A stretch of DNA of 64,000 nt from Candidatus Hydrogenedentota bacterium (lineage in GTDB: Bacteria > Hydrogenedentota > Hydrogenedentia > Hydrogenedentales > SLHB01), in contig CAXXYE010000003.1 of NCBI GenBank assembly GCA_963674865.2, forward strand, positions 192,001 through 256,000, read 5' to 3'. The notes beneath the pieces were generated by a model that was not told where the DNA came from, did not search any database, and saw only the letters and a list, made by a program, of their open reading frames with translations. The translations under genes were made by a program, and so were the position numbers. Of the stretch, positions 37,001 to 46,293 are shown piece by piece. Numbering within the stretch: position 1 is the stretch's first letter; every line of letters begins with the position of its first letter.

Positions 37001-37930
37001 CTAGGCCCTATCCCAGAACTGGTGTTGGACGCTTAGGCGACGGGCCAAGCTGAGGGGAAGATAGGAGTAGCGGGCACCCAACGTGAATCCGGCGTACTTG
37101 AGACAAGTGCGGAGCAATGCCGACGGGATAAGCCACGGGGCGTTGTGCGCAAGGTAGGCGAATTCCGAGCGCAAGAATCGCGACCCTTCTCCCTCCGCGG
37201 CGCCAAAGCGCTCGCGGATCCACGGCTGTTGGTGGTGGAACGCGCCGATGTCGAAATACCTGCCGAACTCGGCCCGGAATGTGTAATCATGGGAATGGTA
37301 CACACAGGCGTCGGCGCAGTAGGCGATCTTCTTGCCCGCGAGGATAAGCTTGCTCGCGGCCAAGGCGTCCTCGTTGACGATAGTATGCGTGTCGAATCCG
37401 CCGACGGCCATCAGGTCGGCGCGGCGCCATGCGCCAAAGGAGTTCGAGAAGAAGGATGTCTTGATACCTAGCTGCGGGACCTCTGCCAGACTGCGGACCT
37501 CGCCCATATCCGGATAATTGAACGCCCGCGCGTGTGCGGCGATATGGCCCGCGTCACGGTGGGGGAGTTGGCGGCCGTATGCGGCGGCCACATCCGGGTC
37601 ATCAAAGCAGGCCGTTAGTTTCTCCAGAGCCTTCGGCTGGGCCAGCAGGGCGTCTTGAGTGAGGAACACGACCACGTCTACGTCGGTAACGCGTTCCGCC
37701 GCCTGCTGCCGCGTCTTGCCGTGTCCAAACGCGGAGGCGTGGAGAGACTCAACCTGGAATCCGGCATCAATTGCCTGAGTCGCGGCGTCATCGCTGGACG
37801 ACGAGTCCATAATCAACACTGGCTGCGGACGGAGCGTCTGAGCGAGGACGGCATCGACCCACGCCGGCCAACACGAGCCGGGATCGCGCACCGGACAGAT
37901 CAGCGCTATCTGATGTTGCACGGAACCCAT
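37001..37930 (-). CDS. GT2 glycosyltransferase, rhamnosyltransferase (RfbN/WbaN-like)
   Basis: DSSSSD, FGHGKTR, FLTQDA, AYGRQLP, FFSNSF, NED, VYHSH.Y, RYFDIG. Confidence 0.85.
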   Translation of the reverse strand: MGSVQHQIALICPVRDPGSCWPAWVDAVLAQTLRPQPVLIMDSSSSDDAATQAIDAGFQVESLHASAFGHGKTRQQAAERVTDVDVVVFLTQDALLAQPKALEKLTACFDDPDVAAAYGRQLPHRDAGHIAAHARAFNYPDMGEVRSLAEVPQLGIKTSFFSNSFGAWRRADLMAVGGFDTHTIVNEDALAASKLILAGKKIAYCADACVYHSHDYTFRAEFGRYFDIGAFHHQQPWIRERFGAAEGEGSRFLRSEFAYLAHNAPWLIPSALLRTCLKYAGFTLGARYSYLPLSLARRLSVQHQFWDRA

Positions 37931-38067
37931 TGCGCCGGCCTTTCCCCTCCGTTACAGTCTTTTGCATCCACGCATACCTTATCACACGGACTCAGGCGAA
38001 TGAACGGGGTGAGAAAGGGTATACTCAAGAGAGGGGGTGTGGCCAAATAAGGAGAAAGGGTGCGCGG

Positions 38068-39069
38068 ATGAGCGGCGACTACGTAGGCTACGGGCGGCTT
38101 GACGTGACGGGGGCGTTGGATCGTGCAATCCAGCACGCTAAGCGGGTGCTATTCCGGCCGTTTGACATGGGGAAGTGGTTGAGCTTTGGCGTCATCGTCT
38201 TCCTCGAGGTGTTGCTCCAAGGCGGTGGAGGGTTTAATTTCAACCTCCCCTCGAATCGCTCGAGCGGCAGCGGGGCGGACGTTGGGGAGATCGTCCGAGC
38301 GGGCCACGACTGGGTGGTGGCGCACCTCGCCGTGATCCTCATGATAGGTATTCCATTGCTAGTCTTTGCGTTCGCCTTCGGTATTGTCATGCTCTGGCTG
38401 AGAAGCCATGGGCAGGTAATGCTGATCCGGGCCGTAGCCGAGAATGACGCCCGTATAGGGGAGAACTGGCGTGAGACTCGGGCGGCGGCATGGTCGCTCT
38501 TCCTGTTTCGGTTGGTGTTGAACCTCATTTCATTCACGTGCGTTGTGTTGGCGCTGGCCATTGGCGTTGTTCTTGTTCTAGGTATCGCCTCGCGCGGCGG
38601 GGCGTCGGCATGGCATTTTGTCATGGGGCTGCTGCCGCTTCTCGGGGTGGGGCTCACCCTCGCTCTGGTATTGACGCTCATCCAAACGCTCCTGCGGAAC
38701 TTCGTCTCACCGCTGATGGTTCATCTCGATCTGCCATGTCTGGCGGCGTGGTCGAAGTTCAGGGAGATCGCCCGCGGGAACCTCCTTAGGATTGCCCTGT
38801 TCATCCTGATCCGGTTCGTCTATCTGATCGCTTTCGGGATCGCGGCGTTGCTGGTGGGGTGTCTGACGTGCTGTATCGGATTTCTGCCCGTGATTCATCA
38901 GGCGCTGTTCGCGCCGTTCTACGTGTTCGACCGCGCCTACTCCCTCTATGTGCTGGAGTCGGCGGGACCTGACCTGCGCATCATTAGCCCTCCCGAAGCG
39001 CAACTCGTCACGTACGATACAATACCTGACGAGACGGACGACATTCCTCCGGAGAATCCCCCCTTGTAG
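38068..39069 (+). CDS. Hypothetical integral membrane protein
   Basis: LFRPFDMGKWL, several TM helices, GCLTCCIG; ATG at 38068 after a purine-rich RBS. Confidence 0.7.
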   Translation: MSGDYVGYGRLDVTGALDRAIQHAKRVLFRPFDMGKWLSFGVIVFLEVLLQGGGGFNFNLPSNRSSGSGADVGEIVRAGHDWVVAHLAVILMIGIPLLVFAFAFGIVMLWLRSHGQVMLIRAVAENDARIGENWRETRAAAWSLFLFRLVLNLISFTCVVLALAIGVVLVLGIASRGGASAWHFVMGLLPLLGVGLTLALVLTLIQTLLRNFVSPLMVHLDLPCLAAWSKFREIARGNLLRIALFILIRFVYLIAFGIAALLVGCLTCCIGFLPVIHQALFAPFYVFDRAYSLYVLESAGPDLRIISPPEAQLVTYDTIPDETDDIPPENPPL

Positions 39070-39085
39070 TCTGCGGGCGCCCTGG

Positions 39086-39877
39086 CTAGAGCAGGTGGTC
39101 CTGGGCGTAAATGACGGCATTGCGGAAGACGGCAAGGCCGGCGCCCTCCTCGGGGAGGTTCTCTCGAGACCAGCGCGGGTGGTTGGTTCTGTCCACGTAG
39201 GCCTCCGGATGCGGCATGAGGCCGAAGATGCGGCCGCTGGGGTCGCATATCCCGGCGATGTCATCCGTCGAGCCGTTGGGATTGCTCGGGAATTCGCCGC
39301 GGGCGGGGGCGCCGTCGGGAGTGCAATACCGCAGGGCGACTTGGCCGTTGGCGCGCAGCCGTTCGAGCGTGCTCTCGCTCTCGGGGATGAACCTGCCTTC
39401 GCCATGGCGGACGGGGAGTTCGATGGCGTCGATGCCCTTCAGCCAGATGCAGGGCGTGTTGTGCGCGACCGCGAGCCGAATCCAGCGGTTCTCGAATCGG
39501 CCGGAGTCGTTGTGCGTGAGTGTTACCTGTTGGGCGAATTCACCATCAAAGAGCGGCAGAATGCCCATCTTCACGAGTACCTGGAAGCCGTTGCATATGC
39601 CGATAATCAGCTTGCCGTCGCGCACAAACTTCCGGAGCGGCTCCCCCAGCTTGAATCGAAGGCGATTGGCGAGGATCTTGCCCGAAGCCACGTCATCGCC
39701 GAATGAGAATCCGCCCGGAACCGCGAGAATACAGGATGCGTTGAGGAGCTCGGGCCGCTCGATGACATCGTTGAGGTGGACGCGTTGAGCGTCCGCCCCG
39801 GCCCGCCTCAAGGCGGTTTCCGTTTCAAGGTCGCAGTTGATGCCGAATCCCGTTAGTACCAACGCGCGTACGTTCAC
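39086..39877 (-). CDS. purQ: FGAM synthase glutaminase subunit
   Basis: GFGINCD, PGGFSFGD, GICNGFQ, NDSGRF, HGEG, NPNGS, GLMPHPE. Confidence 0.95.
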   Translation of the reverse strand: MNVRALVLTGFGINCDLETETALRRAGADAQRVHLNDVIERPELLNASCILAVPGGFSFGDDVASGKILANRLRFKLGEPLRKFVRDGKLIIGICNGFQVLVKMGILPLFDGEFAQQVTLTHNDSGRFENRWIRLAVAHNTPCIWLKGIDAIELPVRHGEGRFIPESESTLERLRANGQVALRYCTPDGAPARGEFPSNPNGSTDDIAGICDPSGRIFGLMPHPEAYVDRTNHPRWSRENLPEEGAGLAVFRNAVIYAQDHLL

Positions 39878-39903
39878 GTCCAACACCTTTCTGTCTGTGC
39901 GGG

Positions 39904-42864
39904 CTACCAGCGCAGGGGCCGCTGCCAGGCTTCCTTGAGTTCGGCTAGTTTGGCGTCGATGCCGGCTCCGGAACGACCTTTGAGTACGAATCGCTCCTCG
40001 GGGATGACCTCGCCGAGTCGGGTGACGGGACATCCTTCCAGGGCGGCCTCGAAGGCAGAGGCCGCACCGGGCGTCGTGGTGACAATGAAGCGGCTCTGGG
40101 ACTCGCTGAACAAGGCGACGATGTCGTTTTCGATGCCTAGTCGCGTGACATCGAGTTGCATGCCGAAGCCGCCGGCGAAGGCGGATTCCGCCAAGGCGAC
40201 GCCCAAGCCGCCGTCGGAGCAGTCATGGCACGAGGCCACCAGGCCCTTGTCTATGGCCGCCGAGAGCTTCTCGTAGATGGCCCGCGCCTGGCGCACATCC
40301 ACTCGCGGGACATTGACGCCCAATTGCCCGTGCAAGGCGAGATACTCGCTTCCTCCCATCTCGTCCTTGGTTTCGCCGACAAGGTAGACGATATCGCCCG
40401 GCCGCTTAACATCCATCGAGACGGCCTTCGTCACGTCATCCATCACCGCGGCGACGGTGAAGAGGACGGTCGGCGGGATAGAGATCTTCGTGTCGCCGAT
40501 TTTGTAGTCATTCTTCATACTATCCTTGCCGCTGATGAGGGGGATGTCGTAAGTGAGGCAGGTGTCGTGGAGGGCCTGGCAGCATCGGACAAGCTGCGCT
40601 AACTTGGCCTCGCCGTCGGGCGTCTTGTCGCTTTGGAGCGGATCCGGCCAACAGAAATTGTCCAGGCCGGCGATAGTCCCGAGCTTCGCGCCGACGCAGA
40701 TGAGATTGCGAACGGCCTCGTCGACGGCGGCAGCCATCATGGCGTACGTATCGATGTCGCTATACTTCGGGCAGATGCCGCAGGCGATGGCCAGGCCGCG
40801 TGTCGAGTCCGGCACGGGCCGCAGCACGGCGGCGTCGCCCGGCCCATCCTGATCGACGCCCTGGAACTGCTTCAAGACGCTCTGCGCCAGGACCTCGTGG
40901 TCGTACATCCGGACGAAGGTCTCCTTGCTGCACACGTTCAGGGAACCGAGAACGGCCTTCAAGTCGGCGGCAAGGTCGCCATCCTGGACGATGACTTCCG
41001 GTTCGAGTGTTGGCGGGGCCTCCACGGCCTTCAGGTGCATCTTGGGCACGCCCTCATGGAGGAAATCCATGTCAAGTGCGCCAATGAGGCGCCCTTCGTA
41101 GTAGCACTCCAGCCGGCCGGAATCGGTGTACGTGCCGAGTACCGTGGCCTCGACGGCCCGGCGCTTGGCCAGATCCATGAAGGCGTCCAACTTATCGGGC
41201 GGCACGGCCAAAGTCATGCGCTCCTGGGCCTCGGAAAGGAAGATCTCCCAAGGCGCCAGGCCGGCATACTTCAAAGGAGCGCGATCCAGGTGGACCTCGG
41301 CGCCTCCCGAGCCTCGCGCCATCTCGCCGACGCTCGATGACAATCCGCCCGCGCCGTCATCGGTAACGCACGTGAAAAGTCCGAGGTCGCGGGCTTCCAT
41401 CAGGAAATCGGCCATCTTTTTCTGCGTGATGGGATCGCCAATCTGCACCGCAGTGGCCGGGGAGCCTTCGTGCAGTTCCTCCGAGGAGAATGTTGCGCCG
41501 TGAATGCCGTCTTTGCCGATCCGCCCGCCCGTCATCACCACAAGATCGCCGGGCCGGGCGCTTTTCTCGTGGCTCGGCTTGCCGCAGGTGGTCGCGGGGA
41601 TTAGGCCACCGGTGCCGCAAAACACCAGGGGCTTGCCGAGGAAGCGCTCGTGAAACACGATGGCGCCGTTGACATCCGGAATGCCGCTCTGGTTGCCGCC
41701 GTCTTTGACGCCCTGGTGCACGCCCCGGAGCACGCGGCGCGGGTGCATAAGGCGGGGCGGAATCTCGCCGTCATGGAAAGGCGAGGCGAAGCAGAACACG
41801 TCCGTGTTGAGAATACACCGGCAGCCAAGGCCCGCGCCAAGAATATCGCGGTTGACGCCGACGATTCCCGTGATTGCGCCGCCGTAGGGATCGAGCGCGG
41901 AGGGGCTGTTGTGAGTTTCGCACTTGAGGGCGAAGTGGAAGTTGTCGTCGAACTTGATCAAGCCGGCGTTGTCATGGAAAACGCTGACGAGCCAGTCGAC
42001 CTTCTTGTCCATCTCGTCGGTAACCGCCTTGACGTACGTCTTGAAGAGGCTATCAATGGCTCGTGTGTTGCCGTCGGCATCGATGTATTCGATCTCGGCG
42101 TTGAATATCTTGTGTTTGCAGTGTTCGGACCACGTCTGCGCGAGAATCTCCAGTTCAATATCCGTGGGCGCGGCGGGCAAGCCCGCGGCTTGCCTGTACT
42201 CCCGCACCTTCTTGTCCCGGTAGTAGGCCTGAATGGCTTTGAGCTCGTGCAGTTCGAGGGCGAGCATCATGTCGCGACTCAACTGAGCGAGGTCGGTGTC
42301 GGGGATTTCAATGTCGATAGGCCGGACCTCGGCGTCGCTTTCGCCGGTGACAACGGGCAGGCCGAGCAGGGAAGTCCCCTTGAGTTGCGCCATATCCTCA
42401 GCCGATCGGACGGCCCATCGCTGAATCAGCTCGTTGGCGAGGAGATCACGCGCGATGCGCTCGCAGAGTTTCTCAGAAAGGTCGCCTTTCAAGGCGTACT
42501 GCGTGGATTTGAACACGGCTTCGCCCGAATGAAGGTCGCGTCCAAGGACGTCGGCGATGCCCTCCGCCGAACTCTTGCCCACGTTGTCCGTGACACCCGG
42601 CCGGAAGCCGACCTCGATCAGGTAGTCATAGTCCCGCGCAAGGGAGCCGTCGGCCACGGACTCCTGGATCACCGGGTCGGTGAAAAGTTCAACGCGGACG
42701 CGCTCCAGCTCTTCAGCGGATAGGGCGCCGTTGACGGTGTACACATCTACCACCCGGACACTCTCAACGGGAATATCGAGGTCCTCCACGATTTGGCTAC
42801 GGACGCTTGCCCCCGCCGGATCCGGCAGGTCGCGTTTCATGGCCACTTCGATCCTATTAGGCAT
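39904..42864 (-). CDS. purL: FGAM synthase synthetase subunit with PurS-like N-terminal extension
   Basis: QTWSEHCKHK, K.ETHNSPS, DGIHGATFSS, VQIGDP, DDGAGG, SEAQERM, DNFCWPDP, SGKDSM, HDCSDGG. Confidence 0.95.
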   Translation of the reverse strand: MPNRIEVAMKRDLPDPAGASVRSQIVEDLDIPVESVRVVDVYTVNGALSAEELERVRVELFTDPVIQESVADGSLARDYDYLIEVGFRPGVTDNVGKSSAEGIADVLGRDLHSGEAVFKSTQYALKGDLSEKLCERIARDLLANELIQRWAVRSAEDMAQLKGTSLLGLPVVTGESDAEVRPIDIEIPDTDLAQLSRDMMLALELHELKAIQAYYRDKKVREYRQAAGLPAAPTDIELEILAQTWSEHCKHKIFNAEIEYIDADGNTRAIDSLFKTYVKAVTDEMDKKVDWLVSVFHDNAGLIKFDDNFHFALKCETHNSPSALDPYGGAITGIVGVNRDILGAGLGCRCILNTDVFCFASPFHDGEIPPRLMHPRRVLRGVHQGVKDGGNQSGIPDVNGAIVFHERFLGKPLVFCGTGGLIPATTCGKPSHEKSARPGDLVVMTGGRIGKDGIHGATFSSEELHEGSPATAVQIGDPITQKKMADFLMEARDLGLFTCVTDDGAGGLSSSVGEMARGSGGAEVHLDRAPLKYAGLAPWEIFLSEAQERMTLAVPPDKLDAFMDLAKRRAVEATVLGTYTDSGRLECYYEGRLIGALDMDFLHEGVPKMHLKAVEAPPTLEPEVIVQDGDLAADLKAVLGSLNVCSKETFVRMYDHEVLAQSVLKQFQGVDQDGPGDAAVLRPVPDSTRGLAIACGICPKYSDIDTYAMMAAAVDEAVRNLICVGAKLGTIAGLDNFCWPDPLQSDKTPDGEAKLAQLVRCCQALHDTCLTYDIPLISGKDSMKNDYKIGDTKISIPPTVLFTVAAVMDDVTKAVSMDVKRPGDIVYLVGETKDEMGGSEYLALHGQLGVNVPRVDVRQARAIYEKLSAAIDKGLVASCHDCSDGGLGVALAESAFAGGFGMQLDVTRLGIENDIVALFSESQSRFIVTTTPGAASAFEAALEGCPVTRLGEVIPEERFVLKGRSGAGIDAKLAELKEAWQRPLRW

Positions 42865-43918
42865 AGCGCAGATTCCCCACGTATTGCACCGTGTTCTCGC
42901 CCGGGACGACTTCACCGATCACCTTGGGCTTTTCGCAGGCCTGCGTCAGCGCCGCGACGGCCTCTTCCACCTCATCCTTCCCGACGATGACCAGGAAGCC
43001 CATACCGAGGTTAAATGTCCGAAGCATCTCTTTGTCGGTGACGTTCCCTGTTTCACGAAGGAAAGTGAAGATCGACGGAACTTTCCACGCTCCAAGATCG
43101 ATTTGCACGCCAAGCTTCTTGGGAAGGGCGCGAGGGAGATTGTCGGTGATGCCGCCGCCGGTGATGTGGGCCATGCCCTTCACTTTCACGATCTTCATCA
43201 GGAGTTGGATGATCTTCGAATAACTGCGATGCGGCTCCAGCATTGCCTCGCCGACAGTTTGGCCAGTGCCGGGCAGTTCGTCATCGCAGGAAAGCCCGGC
43301 CACCTCGAAAACGATCTTCCTCGCCAGGCTGTAGCCATTGGTGTGCAGGCCTGAAGAGCCGAGCCCGATGACCGCATCGCCCGGGTTGATGGTAGAGCCT
43401 TCGATGATTTTCCCGCGGTCGACAATGCCTACGATAGTCCCTGCCAAATCGTACTCATTGACATCGTACATGCCGGGCATCTCGGCGGTTTCGCCCCCGA
43501 TGAGAGCGCACCCGGCGTAGCGGCAGCCGTTGGCCACTCCCTGAATGACCGACGTCGACACCGAGGGGTCCATCTTGCCGCAAGCGAGGTAGTCCAGGAA
43601 GAAGAGAGGGCGCGCGCCCTGGACGAGAATATCGTTGACGCAGTGCGACACGAGGTCGATGCCGACCGTGTCATGCTTGCCCGTCATGAAGGCCAGCTTC
43701 AATTTCGTTCCGACGCCGTCCACACTCGATACCAGCACGGGCTGCTCCATGTTGGCAAGATCGAGCTGGTACATGGCCCCGAAGGTCCCGATATCGCACA
43801 GGACATTGTCGTCAAAGGTCTTTTGCACCATTTCTTTCACGGCGCGAACCGTCGCGTCGGCGGCGTCAATATCGACTCCGGCATCCCGGTAACTAAGGCT
43901 GGGGCGTTCCTGGCTCAT
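42857..43918 (-). CDS. purM: AIR synthetase
   Basis: YRDAGVD, DGVGTK, VNDI, GARPLFFLDY, GGETAEMP, SSGLHTNGYS, HITGGG, TFNLGMG. Confidence 0.96.
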   Translation of the reverse strand: MSQERPSLSYRDAGVDIDAADATVRAVKEMVQKTFDDNVLCDIGTFGAMYQLDLANMEQPVLVSSVDGVGTKLKLAFMTGKHDTVGIDLVSHCVNDILVQGARPLFFLDYLACGKMDPSVSTSVIQGVANGCRYAGCALIGGETAEMPGMYDVNEYDLAGTIVGIVDRGKIIEGSTINPGDAVIGLGSSGLHTNGYSLARKIVFEVAGLSCDDELPGTGQTVGEAMLEPHRSYSKIIQLLMKIVKVKGMAHITGGGITDNLPRALPKKLGVQIDLGAWKVPSIFTFLRETGNVTDKEMLRTFNLGMGFLVIVGKDEVEEAVAALTQACEKPKVIGEVVPGENTVQYVGNLRYA

Positions 43919-44092
43919 GGCTGAATCCTCGCAATAGTGTAATTAGGCCCGCAAGGTGCAACATGCCTCAACGCAAGAGCTCGACCACCTGACAAGCCCA
44001 GCGCCCTTGCGATAACGCCGCACCCGAATGGGGCGGATAGGTTGAGAATACCCCTCATACTATGATAAAGCAAATGAAATGTTGTGATGTAT

Positions 44093-44111
44093 TGATAAGG
44101 AAGGCTTATCA
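44093..44111. promoter_or_regulatory. LysR-type T-N11-A palindromic operator
   Basis: TGATAAG-GAAGG-CTTATCA overlapping the first base of the LysR start codon. Confidence 0.65.
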
Positions 44112-44980
44112 TGACGCTCGAAGGATTACGCTGCTTTTGCGCGGTTGTTGAGGCCAAGAGTTTTCGGGGCGCGGCCGCGCGTGTCCACCGGTCACAGCCT
44201 GCCGTGAGCCAGCAGGTAAAGGCTCTTGAGGAGGAGTTTGGCCGTGTCCTGATCGAGCGGAAATCGGGGCGGCCGACGCCCATTGGACAGGTCCTGTACA
44301 CTCGGGCGCGGCGGATCCTGAACGACTCCGCCAGCCTGACGCGCGAGTTGGGGGAGTTCGACGAGGCAAAGGGCGGGGAACTGCGGGTGGGATCGAGCGA
44401 CACGACGGCGCTCTATTTCCTGCCCCCGATGGTCCGGGAATTCGCCAGGCGCATGCCGTTGACCACGCTGGTGATGGTTAACCGCCCGTCGAACGCCATT
44501 GCCGAGGGAATCGTCCGGGGCGAGCTTGATCTCGGGATCGTGACGCTTCCGTTGTTGCGGGACGAACTGGAGGAACAGGAACTCTTCCAGGAGCGGCTCG
44601 TGCTGGTGACACCGCGCAGCCACCGGTTGGGCGGGCGCAGGCGCGTGCGTCTTGCCGACCTCCGCGACGAGCGATTCCTCCTGCTCGACGCGAGTACCCG
44701 TACCGGAACTCTGCTCCGCGAGCATTTTGAGGCCGAGGGTTTCGAGCCCCGTGTGGTTCTGGACAGCGGCAGTTTCGAGGTCATCAAGCGCTATGTAGCG
44801 GAAGGGGTCGGCGTTTCGTTCTTGCCCGAGATCGCCGTCGGCCCGGCCGACGAGGCCCTTGCTACCGTCGAAACCGTGGGACTCCCATCGGTGCGGATCG
44901 GCGTGACATGGCGGCGGGGCGCATACCAAGGTGGAGCCGAGAAGACTTTCTTGGACGTCATCGCTGGACGGGGTAAATAA
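44111..44980 (+). CDS. LysR-type transcriptional regulator
   Basis: SFRGAAARVHRSQPAVSQQVKALEEEFG HTH; GELRVG, GELDLGI, V.EGVGVSFLP. Confidence 0.93.
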   Translation: MTLEGLRCFCAVVEAKSFRGAAARVHRSQPAVSQQVKALEEEFGRVLIERKSGRPTPIGQVLYTRARRILNDSASLTRELGEFDEAKGGELRVGSSDTTALYFLPPMVREFARRMPLTTLVMVNRPSNAIAEGIVRGELDLGIVTLPLLRDELEEQELFQERLVLVTPRSHRLGGRRRVRLADLRDERFLLLDASTRTGTLLREHFEAEGFEPRVVLDSGSFEVIKRYVAEGVGVSFLPEIAVGPADEALATVETVGLPSVRIGVTWRRGAYQGGAEKTFLDVIAGRGK

Positions 44981-45039
44981 TTGTTCTAACACCGGTTAGG
45001 CGAAAGCGGGGGCGCGAGAGTTCACGTGAAAACAAGGTC

Positions 45040-45068
45040 TTGACACAGGAGCTTTGTTGGTATATAAT
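45040..45068 (+). promoter_or_regulatory. Perfect-consensus sigma70 promoter
   Basis: TTGACA-17bp-TATAAT. Confidence 0.85.
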
Positions 45069-45126
45069 TCATATATTAACAGTTGATGTCTGCGCATAAC
45101 GCCGCGGCGGTCGAAAGGAGCTTGTC

Positions 45127-46221
45127 ATGAAACCAAACCGTATGGAACGAGGCCCCTGGAAGCATCGAGTGCTCATCTTCGGATTCAGCGCGTTGCTCGC
45201 GCTGCTCTTGGTGTGGCTCCTTGGTTTTGTGTTGAGGGATATCGGGCGTATGCCCGGCCCCGATCGTGCAGCCATCGAGAAGAAGTACGTGGCCCAGTCG
45301 CTCGTGGACAAGAAAACGGCGTTGGGGAAGGAACAAAATGACCTTGAGAGGCAGGTGGCCAATCAGCGGGAGATTCAGAGCATCCTGCGCACAAGCACCG
45401 ACAACTCCCAGCAGACGATGAACCAGCTTCTTGAGATGTACCGGCTGGGCCTGACGAAGGGAGTCACGCCCTCCGAGCAGGAGCAGGCCTCTCTGGCAGA
45501 GAGCGAGAAGCAATTCCTCGAGAACCAGAAGCAGTTCCAGGTGGCCAATCAGGAGATCGCGCGCCTCAGTGAACGCCTGAGGGTGATTCAGCAGGAAATC
45601 ACCGCTCTGGACGAGCAGATTGAGAATAGCCGGAAGCCGGCTACGGAGGAGTACAACCGGCTTCGTGAGCGTCACTCGCTGAAGGTGGCCGCACTGAAAC
45701 TCGGTTTCCTGGTGCCTTTGATGTTCCTTGCCACCTGGATGGCCGTCAAGATGCGGACGAAGCCGTATGCGCCCTTGGCCTACGCCGCCTTCGGCGCCGC
45801 CCTCTGGCGCACGGGCACGGTGATGCACCAGCATTTCCCGAGAGAGTACTTCAAGTACATCGCCATCGGGGCCGCCATTGCGATTGTCCTCGCCATACTC
45901 CTCCACCTCATCCGTGCACTCGTGGCTCCGAAGAAGGACTGGCTGCTCAAGCAGTACAAGGAGGCCTACAATAAGCACCTCTGCCCCGTCTGCTCTTTTC
46001 CGATGCAGGGCGCCGCGGCTTCTGGTTTGCGCCGGTTAGGCAGGCGGGGCGCTGTTATCATGCCGTCCATGGACGCGGCGGGGCAGAGCGGCATAGAGCC
46101 ATACACGTGCCCCTCCTGCGGCACAGGTCTCTTCGCCCCCTGCGCATCTTGCGGCAAGACAAGACACGCGCTCCTCCCGTATTGCGAGCACTGTGGCGCG
46201 GGATTCGAGTCGCAGGAGTAA
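45127..46221 (+). CDS. Membrane protein with coiled-coil loop and C-terminal zinc ribbons
   Basis: AAGGAG RBS; TM, Q/E-rich coiled coil, three TMs, then CPVC, CPSC, CASC, CEHC. Confidence 0.75.
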   Translation: MKPNRMERGPWKHRVLIFGFSALLALLLVWLLGFVLRDIGRMPGPDRAAIEKKYVAQSLVDKKTALGKEQNDLERQVANQREIQSILRTSTDNSQQTMNQLLEMYRLGLTKGVTPSEQEQASLAESEKQFLENQKQFQVANQEIARLSERLRVIQQEITALDEQIENSRKPATEEYNRLRERHSLKVAALKLGFLVPLMFLATWMAVKMRTKPYAPLAYAAFGAALWRTGTVMHQHFPREYFKYIAIGAAIAIVLAILLHLIRALVAPKKDWLLKQYKEAYNKHLCPVCSFPMQGAAASGLRRLGRRGAVIMPSMDAAGQSGIEPYTCPSCGTGLFAPCASCGKTRHALLPYCEHCGAGFESQE

Positions 46222-46233
46222 GATAGCAATGAG

Positions 46234-46267
46234 ATGAGAGCGGCTCGCCTATGCGGGCCGCTCTCAT
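46234..46267. terminator. Stem-loop between convergent genes (probable terminator)
   Basis: ATGAGAGCGGCTCGC-CTAT-GCGGGCCGCTCTCAT, 15-bp stem, no clear U-tract. Confidence 0.6.
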
Positions 46268-46293
46268 GTCGTCAGTGTGTGGGACGGGGAACG

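Noticed and set aside
34326..37930. Integrative element at tRNA-Arg
   Set aside because: No integrase or transposase, and no duplicated tRNA 3' end found by eye; at most a variable region.
43915..44058. Short minus-strand ORF (MRGILNLSAPF...) overlapping the purM start
   Set aside because: No RBS or recognisable features; it probably just spans the purM promoter region.
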